A DNA stretch of 64,000 nucleotides. Origin: Piromyces finnis finn. Taxonomy: Eukaryota; Fungi; Neocallimastigomycota. A program made the position numbers and the translations under genes. Shown here piece by piece: positions 12,613 through 26,000 of this stretch (the first letter of the stretch is position 1; the number at the start of each line of letters is the position of its first letter). The stretch is taken from positions 310,001 through 374,000 of the forward strand of contig MCFH01000043.1 in assembly GCA_002104945.1 (NCBI GenBank), written 5' to 3'. Below the pieces are notes generated by a model. That model worked only from the letters and a program-made list of their open reading frames with translations, had not been told where the DNA came from and made no database searches.

Positions 12613-14472
12613 TTACATGAAATCATCTTCAAATTCTTCGAAATCAACATCACCATCAAACTTATTGGATTTCATTTCTTCTTCCTTGATAGCACCAACA
12701 TAGTTCTTCATATCATACATTTTTTGGTAATCTTCTCTCTTCTTCATTTCAATTTCACGCTAAAAATAATTTAATATAAACAGTGTTGTTGTCATTGTTG
12801 TTCAAAAAAATAAGATGATAAATAATGAAATAATAGCAAATAAATAAAATTATATTAAATATATATATATTTATTCATTCATTTATAATATTATATATAT
12901 TAAATAGTTTTAAAAAGTATTTATATAAAAATAGTATGATTCTATTAGTTATAATTATTTATGTATCATTAAAATTTCATTTGTATCCTTTATTTCTCTT
13001 AAAGATCTATAAATAGATAAATCATTTAACTAGTATTACCTTTCTCTTTTCTTCGGCGTACTTTTGTTGTCTTAATTGTCTTTCATGAGCAATCTTTTCA
13101 GCATTTAAATCTGGGTTACGTTCAACCTTGGTCTTATTTAAACGGTTAATAATTTCATTAACTCTCTTTTCAACCTTAATTCTTTTGACCTATTTTAAAA
13201 TAAAAATAAAAAAAATAAACCATATCATTAAAAAGGCGAAATTTGTGTATTACCATTTATTCCATCCATTATACCCTATTATTAATATTTTTATTATTAC
13301 TTAATTTTTTTCATTTTTAATATTTACCATTTTTTGGTTAAAGAAGGAAACTTGACCAACATCCATACCTGGGGTCTATTGATTATTTTTTATATCAAAA
13401 GATGGCCAAAACCAATCCATAATTAAAATTAGATCATGATAAAAAAAAAGAATTTATATATAAAAATTAACGATTTTTGTAATAAAATTAAATATTATGA
13501 TAATTATAAGGTTATTAAAATAAATTTATAAGAATTTTTTTATTTTTCTCTAGTTTTATTCGTTATATATTGTATTAATAAAATATATATTTACCTTCTT
13601 TAAGTTACTCCATGGAGTGTAGATAATAGTGACATGATCCTTTTTGTTACCTTCAATACTGTTAGCCTTGGTAAGTTGAGCTAAATCGTTAAGAAGGTCT
13701 GGATTAATTTTATCCCAAGTTTCACCCTTCTTTAAACGAAGGTAAACGTGAGCAGAACTAAATTTATCAGCGTGGAACCTTTTTTTTATTATTATTAAAG
13801 GTTAAAATAAATTGTATGGAAATGAATATTAGTTTAGAAAGAAAATTTGTTTATAAAAGATCTATTAATAAAATATAAAATTAAATAGATAAAAAATAAA
13901 ATGTAATTTTTTTACTAATAAATTTCATCTTTAATTATTTCTAATATGTTGCTTACCAAACATCTTCTTCCCAACCATATTTAATTAATTCTTCATCTAT
14001 TTATTATATTAAATAAATATATATATTGAAATATATAAAAATAGTTTAATATATTTGATGGTGAAAAATCATTAAAAACATTCAGAATTAGTGTTTTAAA
14101 ATCTTTGATATATTTTAAACTTAAAATATTGATTTTGATTTTTATTATTGTTGAATTGTAAAAAATCTTTAATATTTACTTTCATATTTATCTCTTCCCA
14201 TATAGACGATGCTATCTGGTTGGGCTATTTATCGGTATAAATAATTTTTGGGAAAAATGAAATATAAAAAAAAACAACCATCAAAAAAAGTCGTTCGATT
14301 TATTTTAATAAATAAAAATTTTCATTTGCATTAAATTAAATAATAATAATAATAATAATAAAAAACATTATTAGTGATGTTCAAGATTATTATAAATTTT
14401 CATTTTTCAATTTATAATTATTTGTTTAAATATATATTTAAAATTACCGGAACTAGTAAAATAGAAAACCAT
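12613..14472 (-). CDS. CCDC25: CCDC25/Jlp2-family protein (NFACT-R/DUF814 domain), 212 aa, 7 exons
   Basis: Manually spliced exons 14448-14472, 14180-14224, 13957-13996, 13595-13778, 13328-13375, 13040-13189 and 12613-12759 total 639 nt, and all introns are GT-AG with matching phases. Translation: [52 protein letters not shown]...KANSIEGNK...[22 protein letters not shown]...FEDDFM*. This matches the CCDC25 signatures (YMGxDKxENExLI, [16 protein letters not shown], [10 protein letters not shown]). Absent from the ORF track. Confidence 0.95.
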
Positions 14473-15839
14473 TTTTATTTATCTATTATATAATTTCAAT
14501 TTAAAATATAGAAATAATAAATATATATATAAGTTTATATAAATTGTTAATAAATAATATTTTTTTAAAAAAAAAATAAAATTATTTGAAATAAAAGAAT
14601 ATATTTATAAAGAAGGCATATTTAAAACTTGTAATAAAAATAAATATTTTACGATTTTCATGTAATAAATAATAAAAGAATTATATTCTAGATTATTTAA
14701 ACTATTAAATTTAATAATTGTAAAAGAAAGAATTTCATTTCTTAATCAATTAAGATTTCAAATTATAATTTTCCCTCTTTTTTTTTTTTTTAATTTTTAT
14801 ATAAAAGACTATTATGCCATAAAAATGAAATCTTCATCACTATCAAAAGTAAGATTATTATTCTCTTTTCTTTTTAAACAAAAAAAAAGAAAAAAAGAAA
14901 AAAGAAATTTTAAATTTTAAAAATAATTTAATTATTCTTTTTAAAGTTAGCTATTTGTATAATTTATTTGATTGTTTCTTTTTTTGCATTTATATTATAA
15001 TGTATGAATAATATCATTTGATATTATTTTTATTTCTTCAATTCATTTTTTACTTTTTGCCTTCCCTTCTCTTTTTTTTTTTTTTTTTTTACCTTTTATT
15101 TCAATAAAAAATGTTTTGTTGTATGACAAAAAAAAGGGAATTTTTTTTTTTAAATATTTTTTGTATGTAATAAAAAAATTTTTTTAAATTTATTGTACAT
15201 TAAATTAAATTTTTTGTATCAAAGATACATTAAAAGTTTAAATGAATAAACATTATTTTCATTCTATAGTTTTTTTAAATAAAAAAAAGGAAAAGGAGTA
15301 TTTAAAAAAGTACTATAGTTATTGAATTATATATAAATATATGTTATTTTATAATTATATAAACATTAATATTAACATAATTATTATTAGTGTATTGTTT
15401 TATTAATTTGTTTTAAATAAAACATTTTTATCCAAAAAAAAAAGTATCGATATTATTTAATTTATTATTATTTATATTACAAATTGTAGTTTTTTAAATA
15501 TATTTTTTTTTGGAGGGTTTGTTTTATTTTTATAAAACTCTTTTAATATCTAAATGTAAAATTATATATCTATAAATTATGAATTAAATGTTTGAAAAAA
15601 GCTAAATGTAATTATTATATACTAAAAAAAAAAAAAAAAGGTTGTTTTTAAATGCTAAGGTAATATTTTTCTTTTTCTTTAAATACTGAAAGTATATATA
15701 ATAGAATAATTTAAAAAATAAAAATATATTGTTTTTTAATAGCAATTATTAATAACTGAATTATAATATAAATCCTTTCTTTTAAATAATTATATACTTT
15801 TTCTTTTCATTTAATTATGCTAGCGTGTTCCTTTACTTA

Positions 15840-18800
15840 TTAATAAATGATAAAGGGTAAAAGCATTAATAAAAGAAAGGCAATTAATTTATTCATGGAA
15901 AAATGCATTTGTCTATACGCTGAGCTTGGATTACATTTATTTGGATTATCCCCATCTTCCACAGTACAGAAAGTATAACCTAAAAGTTGAATAGAACAAA
16001 TATCGGGTTCTTTATCTTGATTAAGTTTAACATGATTTGATATACAAATTTTACTATAGGTTACCGTATTATCATCATATTCATCAATAGTACAATTTGT
16101 AAAAACTCCTTGAATAGTTTCTAAGGAAGTCTTGTCCGACTTTTCTATTGGAATATATTGATTATTTTTAGATATGTTAGAAATGGTATTGCGAATGTCG
16201 TGAGGGAAGTTTTCAGAATAAATTAATGGGAAATTAATAATGACAACACGATTAAATTGACATGTTTTGGGCTTAATTTTTTCGAAATAGGATCCTATTA
16301 AACACTTGTAATAATTGTCATTAAGATAGTATACTTGATCAACCGTACAGGTCTTTTTAAAACATTCCGTTTCTTCCCCTTCACTATCCACTACACAATA
16401 GAATAATTCATTACTATTTGTTAATACATAGGCAGTATCATCAATTTCAACACATACTTGTAAACTAACTTCACAATAATACATCTTTTTATCAATAGTA
16501 TAGTAATATCCACTTTTGGTAGTCTTGGTTAATAATAATTCTTTTGTTTTTGAAATGGTATAGTGATAGATATACTCTTCATCTGGATGTAAAGAAGCTT
16601 TAATGAAACCAACATGATAGGGTGATATCCAAGTATCGGTATCTTTCTGTTGAATAAGGTAATTAGTTAATGTGTCATAATAAAATACGTCAGATTTGGG
16701 TTCATAGATTTGGCATCTTTTATCGTTACATCCAAAAAGGGTAATTCCATAAAACGTATTATTAAATAAATGATATTGAGCACTTTGATAATTAATATTT
16801 TCAGCAAAGAAATAACCAGTGGTAGTAATTTGTTTTGCAGCATTACTGTTCAAGAAGTAAAGGGTAGTGTTATGGGAATAGGCAAATACATTAGTATTAA
16901 TGGATGAACTCATAAAACATTGACCTGTTTCTTTTGACTTGATTTTTTCCTTAGCTACAACCAAGTAACCTTCAGCTGTAACACAAAAATCATTTTTCGC
17001 AATATCGTATTTAGGGGTACAAGTATTCCCTTTAAATTGACAAATATTTTCTTCATTGGAATTGACGAATGAGTATTTATCATCATCCACAGAATATTTA
17101 ATTAAACGCTTAGAAACATCAACGTAATAGGTATCACTAGCTGGTTTATCCATAATACGACAATTGTTATTATCACACTTGTATAAAAGAACGTCTTCAT
17201 CATTGTATTCCTTTATTTCAGTATTATGAACTAATACATTCTTTCTGACATTAATAAAATAGTAACCTGAATCATGAATTTCTAAAATGAGACCATCACT
17301 AATTTTATAGATTTTTTCACCTACTGTAAATAGATTATCACTGTATTGGGAAGAAATCTTAATACAATTCTTGAAGGAAGGAGTGCTAAGAGATGATGTA
17401 CTACTGGAAATAATTTCATTATTTTCAACAATGGTTTCAGTTGCAAAATAAATAATGGAACGTGTTGAATCAGTACAATATTCTCCGGCAATGACACTAG
17501 TGATGCGTGGACTTTGTGAAGAAAAACGTGAATTATCAACGTAACATACATCATCATCATATGTACAAATTGGAATTGTTTTTATTTCTTCAGTTGAGAG
17601 TTCATTACATTCACCACCATGACATATAATTAAAGTAGAAAATGCATTATTTGATCTAGCTTGTAAAGTTACTCTTTTATTGATTTCTTCTTCATCAATA
17701 CTATCGTTAGTATCAACTTCTTCATTTATACTTTGTTCTTTTGGTTTGTCTTGACTTCTATTGGTATGATATACAAGAGTATTCAAAAATTCATCATTAT
17801 CATCATCATTATCATTTGGAAGAATAATAATAGTTTCATCATCCTTGCCAGTAACATCATCATCCATATCCTCACTTTCCATATCTCTTCCTTCATTATT
17901 AGCATTTAAAAAGGAAACAATTCTTCCAGCAGAAGAGAAAATACCATTTTCAACTTTAATTGTTTTGCACTTATTTCCATTGCAATCAATTAAAACATTT
18001 TTACTGCTTCCAGAAAGGTAAAAACCATTATTTTTTTTCTCTCTGGTACAAATAATTTTTTCGGTATAGGTAGACGAAACACAATGAATAATTGATTCAA
18101 AATTCGATTTACTATCCATATTTTCAGCATCATAATAGTAACCAACAGAAGCTTTTTCTGCTTCACAGATAGATGATGTTTTACAATGAATTAATAATTC
18201 TGAGTTATTTTGAACAAGGTAATAGCCAGAGTTTGCACGTCTAGTAGTACAATCAGTTCCATTACTACAATAAATAATAGATTTATTCATTTTATCTACA
18301 CCGTTATTAGGATAATAGGAATAGCGAAGCGTTGAATATTTACATGATGAATTAGAAGTACAAACAATAACTCCTGAATTACCATATTCTGCTATGTAAT
18401 AACCATTATTGACTGGTTGAGTAGAGCAATTACTACCAGAACAATAGATTAAAGGTTTTATAAAATGATCAGAGCCAGAATTAATGAAATAGGTATTAAC
18501 AGGTATTATTCTTTGACAATCCCCTGAATCTTGACATTTAATAATTGCTGGAGTTTGTCCATTATTAATTACATAACTACTATCCACGTAATAACCTTCC
18601 TCATTAACTATATGGATATAATTGTTTTCGCATTGATACCCTTTGTTAGTTTTTTCATCAAAATAATATTCGCCTTCATTACATGTATGGGAAGGAACAC
18701 AAAGTTGAGTACTACTGGAACAGGTATAGAGAGTGATACGATCAGAACTCAATAAACTACTACTAATACTATCAACTTTTTCATATCTAGCATTTATAAT

Positions 18801-21239
18801 ATAAATTCCATCCATAGCCACACGAGTAATAGAATTAGATTTAATTTCAAAAAGAGTGGAAATTGTTTCTTTAATACCAGGGAAATTCCCTGCATCTACA
18901 GTAGCATAACGATATATAGCATTATTCATGGTGGTGTAAGTAATATTTTTATTTGTGGAATCAATACTTTCAGAATTAATAAAAAATTCATGAACGACGA
19001 AATTTATATCATTGCCATTATCAATTTCCTTTTGGTAACAATAATTACCAGGTTTAAGTACAGTAGTGTTATCCGTTACGCAGGTTTGCGCTTCGTTTGC
19101 TTTACAACCGGTTTTGTCACATTTAATAATCACATTATTACTCGTTTTGTCAGAGTTATAAAAATAACCATCATCTGGGTCAAAAGAGACACAATTCTTA
19201 TTGGTAGAACAGTAAATTAAATGAGCATAAGTCCTGGAACTAAAGGAAGAGGAATCTAAATAATAGGAATTCTTATTTTCAGGTATTTTTTCGTTAATTT
19301 CAGATGCTTCGGCATCAAAGAAAATTAATGGATTATTTGTAGTATCTACACCAGCATTAATATAATAACCATGATGAATAGAGCTAATCAATTTTTCACA
19401 TTTGGTAGTACTAGTACAATAAATTAAATAACTATTATCTTTTATATAATTTTTCATATAATTTCCATTATCGGTTATATAATAGCCTATTGTGGAAGCG
19501 TTCTTTTCAGTGCAAGTCTTAATAGTATCATCAACACCACAATAAAGTAAAGGATATTCGCCTGAGTCACCACTATTTATATAGTAATTAGTTAATTTAG
19601 AAGCACTATGTGTTGTACAAAAAAAACTATCTTCAATCTTTGAACATATAATCAAATTTTTCTGTAGACATATATAAAATAATAAATTAATAAAATTACA
19701 TATATATTTGATAGTGTAAATATAGTTTTTTTTTTGTATTATATAAAATTAAAATAAAAATAAAAAATATAAAAAATTTGCTTACAGAATTATCACCATC
19801 AATAAATTGACTTTCAGTATTTATCATGTTTGATTTACATATAGAATTGGAATTACATGAAATTACATTACTAGCACAAAAAGTTTTTTTACCTTCACTA
19901 TTTGTAAATAAGGCATCAGAATCACAGGGAGAAGATGAAGAAGCGACAGCATAATCTAAATAATATTCTTTTGAAATATCTTTATTGTATATAGAACATG
20001 TAATTGTTATAGATGAATCACGAGAGTACTTATGTTTAGCTATGGTTTGATTATTATATGAATAATGTCTCTTTCTACTATTGTTACTACTTAAAGTACA
20101 CTTAATAAGTTTACTTGTGATTCTATCTATATAATATATATTATTATTATCACCAGAAATATCTACGGTAAAATCAATATTACCACATTTAAATGAAGCA
20201 CATTTAATAAGGGATGCTTTATTATTTACACTATCGTATATATGTGCTGCATTTAAAAAAATACCAGAATCATAGGAAATGGAAGAACACTTTGTAGAAC
20301 TTTGACAAATAATTAATTTAGAGTAGGAAGTATCCGATAAACTAGTACTATCTAAATAGGCACCAGTAGTATCACCAACAATGGTTGTAAATGATGTTTT
20401 ATCAAAATAAATAATGGGTTTGGTTGATTTTTCTAATCCTGCATTTAAAAAAAATTCTGAATCCATACCAGAATGATTATTTGTTGTACATGAACCATTG
20501 TTACATGTAATAAGAAAAGTTGTACTACTAGAATCAATGTAATAACCTGTAGTAGAATTTAATGAACATTTATTTTTAGAACAATTGATCACCTTACTTG
20601 ATCCTGCATCATAATAAGATTTATTTACTTCCCCTGGATTACACGTAGTTCCTGAATTATATATACAAGTCATATCACTTGCTTTTGAATTAAAGTATGT
20701 ATTGGTAGTATCACTTAGTATACAACCTGAAGAATTACAAGTATAAATGAAACTGATAGTACTACTTATACTGGTGCTTGTGATAAGTTTATAATTTTCA
20801 TCAAAAAAAATGTTTTCTGATACAGATCCATTTTTACCATATTTTATTGCGCCTGATTTTCCATTATTTATAATTCTAATAGTAGATCCATCAAAACAAT
20901 ATGTTCCATCAGTACATGTACCACTACATGAACTACATAATTGAAGTTGTGATGTCCAAACTCTAACTACTTGAGATATAAAAAAAAATAAAGAGAGTCT
21001 TTTTCTATTTTTTTTTTTATTTGTTTATTTATTGCATATTTCAATTTTATTTTTATATTTATTATTATCATAAATATATTAAAAAAAAACAGGAATATAA
21101 TTAGTATAAGATATATATACAATAAAGATCATTATTATAGACAAATAATAATTAAAATAACAATTGTCTATTTTTAAATAAATTGTATTGTTATTAATAT
21201 ATTTTTGAAAAAAAATAATTACATTTTTATAAAATTCAT
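15840..21239 (-). CDS. Scaffoldin-like secreted, membrane/GPI-anchored Cys-rich repeat protein (copy A), about 1685 aa, 3 exons
   Basis: Exons 21223-21239, 19786-21004 and 15840-19661 total 5058 nt and join in frame via GT-AG introns, merging track ORFs 19696..20673 and 15840..19655. The N-terminus MNFIKIKRLSLFFFISQVVRVWT is signal-like. There are many G(Y/F)Y(I/L)N(A/S)G...(P)LI(Y/x)C...C repeats, and the C-terminus is hydrophobic with no cytosolic tail (LIAFLLLMLLPFIIY*). The architecture matches anaerobic-fungal scaffoldins as I recall them; no HMM was run. Confidence 0.8.
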
Positions 21240-23007
21240 TTTAGAAAAAAAAGTCCGTTATTTTTTTTTTTTTTTTTTTTGAAACTATTTTCAATCAATA
21301 TGTTTTATGTTTTATTAAAAAAATATTTATGTATATATTGTTGTGTTGTTAACTAATTTGTAAAAAGGTATAATAATAATTTCTATTATGTTAAGAATAT
21401 TTATTTATTTTATATCGACTAATTGTGGAATTAATTTTATTCTTTCTCTATTTTTTCTAATCTAGTTTTTTTCTCATCATTGGTAGTATACTTTATTTTA
21501 TTTTATTCTTTTCTTTGCTTTCTAATTTTCTTAATATTTTAACAATTTTTTTATATGCTTAATATCAAAAAAGTTTATATATGTATATATGAATAAACTA
21601 ATAAAAAAATTATAAATCAAAGTTTAAATTTCTATTAACAATTAAAAAAAATCAAAAATTAATAGCTAAAATACTAAGTACTAATCTCCTAATGATTATT
21701 TGTATTTTTTATTTTTATTTTTGTTTTTGTTTTGATTTTTAACTTTGATTTTTATTTGTTAAAAAAATAAGATTTTTTAAATTAATAAAAATTCTTTTTT
21801 TTTTTTATTATATTTTAATTTAATTTTTATTTCATTTTTTCTTTACAATTTGGATATTAATAATTAACATTTAATAAATAATAGAATTATGAATTTGTTT
21901 ATATTTTGTTGTTATGTTATATAGTTATTAATTTTGTTTCCTGTAATAATATAATAATAAAATTATAAAGAATTATTTAATAAATAAAAAATTATGAAAT
22001 ATACTATTAGATATTTCATTAAATTCATTAAATTATCCATCATTCATTATATTCTATCTTTATAGTATAAATAATAATTAAAATAATCATGATTGACCAT
22101 TTAATAAAATTAAATTATGTATTTAAATGATTTCTATTTATATTTTTGAAAGTAGACGTTAATATCATATCAATCTAGATAATTTGAGTATTTGAATATA
22201 TAATTTAAGGAAATGATTCCTATAATACCTTTTTTTTTTTACTTTCATTATAATTACAAAATATATCCTTTAAATCTAAATATATGATGATTGTCTACTT
22301 CAAATATGTTGTAATGAATTTTAAATATAAAGGTTATTTAATTTTTCAATTTATATTCAATTTTTTAAAAAAATATATATATATAATTATTCAATCTGTT
22401 TCAATATGTTAATATATCAAAATCTTTTAATTTGAATATTTTAATATAATATTTCTTTCTTTTTCTTAATTATATGTTCTTTGTTTTTTTTTTTTTTAAT
22501 TTTTTAATTTTTTTTTTATTTTTTTTATAGTATGTTTAATGTTAATTAAATTATTCCAAATAATGGCAATATTGATAACATTAATTGGATTCTTTTTATA
22601 AAAAAATATTTATATCTAAATGTAATCTTTTTTTAGATAAATAATTATAAATTATAGACTATGGTATATATAAAATTCTTAAAAACTAATGTAAAATAAA
22701 AAAAAATAATTATTATATAATATTATATATTTTTTGAAAAAAAAAATTAAATATTATATATAATATTAATAATAATATCAATATATTCAAAAACTAAATG
22801 TATTTTATATATATATATGTACTCTAAAATTCAAGATTTTTTCAATAATTTTCTAAAAAATAATTTAATAAAAATTGGTATATAATTAAAATATCATAAT
22901 TACATTAGAATAGTGTGGTTTGTGTATTTAAAAAAATCTTATGTTTTTATCATATATATATATCTTTTGAAAAGATTTTAATTCCATTTTCTTTAACTTT
23001 GTTAATT

Positions 23008-26000
23008 TCAATAAACAACAAAGATAATTATAGTGGATAAAATGAGTGTTAAAAGTTTTAAAATAGAAAGAGATTTTTGTGTATTGACTCCACTTGGACT
23101 ACACTTATCTTTATTATCACCATCTTCAACTGAACAATAAGTATAACCAAGATGTTTTACTGAACAAATATCTGGCTCCTTATCTCTATTTAATTTTACG
23201 TAATTCTGCATACAAATTTGGTCGTAAGTTGTGTCTTCATCATATACATCATAGGTACAGTTAGTGAAAACACCTTGGTAAGATTCAATAGATTGACGAC
23301 TAGTTTTTTGAGTTGGAACATAATGATTATTCTTTGCAATATTGGAAATTGAATTGTAAACACTAATTGGGAATGAATCAGCATAAATAACTGGGAAATT
23401 AATAACAACGGTTTCATCATAATCACAATTTCTTGATCTGATTAATTCAAAGAATGATCCAGTAGTACATTTGTAATAGTCATTCTTAATATAGTAGATT
23501 TGTCCAGTAGTACAGATTTTCTTTGTACATTCAGTTTCTTCTCCTTCACTATCTACTAAACAGTAATACAATTCATTACTGTTGGTTAAAATATATGCAG
23601 TATCATCAATTTCTTTGCATGCTTTCATGCTAGTATCGCAATTATACATTTTTCTATCAATGGTGTAGTAATAACCATTTTTGTTGGTTTTAGTTAAAAG
23701 AAGTTCCTTACTATCAGACATGGTATAGCTGTAAATATAAACTTCCTCAGGATTAATAGAAACTAAAAGATGACCAACCTTTATTGGTGAAATCCATTCA
23801 TCATTCTTCTTTTGAATTAAATAATTAGTCAACATATCAAAGTAGTAGATGTCAGGTTGAGGTTGATAAATTTTACAATTTTGATTAATGCATCCATAAA
23901 GAGTAATGCCAGAAGAGGTGGTATTAAATGTCTTGTATTCTGCACTATTGTATTTATTATTTTCTGCAAAGTAATAACCACTGGTAACTACTTGATTAGC
24001 AGCATTACTATTCAAAAGGTAAAGGACAGAGTTATACGAGAATGCTAATACATTTTCAGAAATGGAATTACTCATATAACATCTACCAGTTTCTCTTGAT
24101 TTAATCTTTTCACCTGCTACAACAATATTACCTTCAGCTGTCATACAGAAATCATTTTCTCCGATATCGTATTTAGGGGTACATGTATTATTTTCAAAGG
24201 TACAGGTATTTTCTTTCTTATTAACAAAGGAGTATTTGTTATCTTCAACGGTATATTTAATGATACGTTTAGTGACATCAGTATAGAAAGTATTGCTAGA
24301 TGGTTTTTCCATGACACGACAACTCATATCATAGCATTTGTATAAACGAACATTATTATCATTATATTCTTTAATTTCATTTCCATATACTAAAATATTT
24401 TTCTTTACATTGATAAAGTAATAACCACTATCATAAACTTCTTTAATAAAACCATCATTAACTTGATAAATATTATTACCAATAGTGAATAAGTTGGAGG
24501 CGTATTGGGAAGAAGCCTTAATACAATTTTTGCTAGAAGTACTTGAAGAAGAAAGTACACCAGAAATAACATCTTTATATTCTACAATGGTATCTAAAGC
24601 AAAGTAAATAGTAGAACGAGATTTATCTGTACAAAATTCGCCGGCATTTACACTTGAAACAAGATTATTCTTATTAGAAGAAGTGATATAATTTGAATTG
24701 TCCAAGTAACATAATTCATTGTTGTAAGAACAAATTGGAATTGACATTAATTCTTCAGCAGTTAATTCTTTACAAACACCACCATTACAAGAAATAAGAG
24801 TTGATATATTTTCATCATCACCACTATTAGCTCTTGAATATAGTTTCTTTTCAGTCATTCTTAGCATTACATTACTTTGTCTGTCAAGTTCAATAATTTC
24901 TTCATCACTTCTTCCAGCGTGTTCAATTAAGTTCATGTCTTCTTCTTCTTCTTCGTATTTGTCACGTGAACTATTCTTTACTGTGGTTTTAATAGTGGCA
25001 GCGGAACGGAAAATACCATTATCAACAACAATACTCTTACATTTACCTCCAATACAATTAATTAAAATATTGTTTTCTGCTCCAGATACATAAAATCCAA
25101 CATTCTTCTTTTCAGTGGTACAAACAACAGAATTAAGGAAGGAAGAAGTAACACATTTAATGACGGTTTCAACACTTGAATTGTTGTCATTATTAGCTGA
25201 ATTGTAGTAATAACCAACAGAAGCATCTTCAGCTTCACATGAAATACCACTCTTACAATTTATTAATAAATTACTATTTTCTTGAACAAGATAGTAACCA
25301 GACACAGCCTTTTTAGTATTACAATAGATATTTTTATTACAAGCAATGATTGGCTTTACGCTATTATCTGCTCCACTGTTAATGTAATAGTTGTATTGAA
25401 GAGAAGAAATTTTACAATTAGTGTTTGAAGTACATACAATGATTCCAGATTCCCCAAATTCAGCACGGTAATAACCAATGGCTGCTTCTTCAGTCATACA
25501 TTGATCATTAGAACAATGAATTAAAGCTTTTTTATCATTGTCAATACCAGCATTAATGAAATAGGTATTAGTTGGAATAAATCTTTGACAATTACCAGAT
25601 TCATTACACTTTAAGACAGCTGGAGTAAGAGATTTATTTACCACATAACCACCATCAACATAATAACCTTCATCTGTAATAGGCATTATTGATTTTTCAC
25701 TACATAAATAACCTTTACCATTATCTTCATCAAAGAAGTAGGTTCCTGATGGGCAACTAGTTTCTTGTATACATAATTTAGTAGTACTTGAACAAGTATA
25801 AATTGAATAGGAATTACCGATGGAAACAGATCCACTTATGGATTCAACTTTTTCATTTCTTGAATTAATAATATATACGGCATCATCAACAACTCTAGAA
25901 ATAGAATTAGATTTGACTTGGAAAAGTGTTGTAACTGTAGTTGATATACCCGGGAAGTTATTAGCAAGTACAGTGACAAAATGATACTTAGTGCCATTAG

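Noticed and set aside
13190-13594. Intronic snoRNAs in CCDC25 introns (slightly GC-richer patches)
   Set aside because: No convincing C/D (RTGATGA...CTGA) or H/ACA box arrangement was found.
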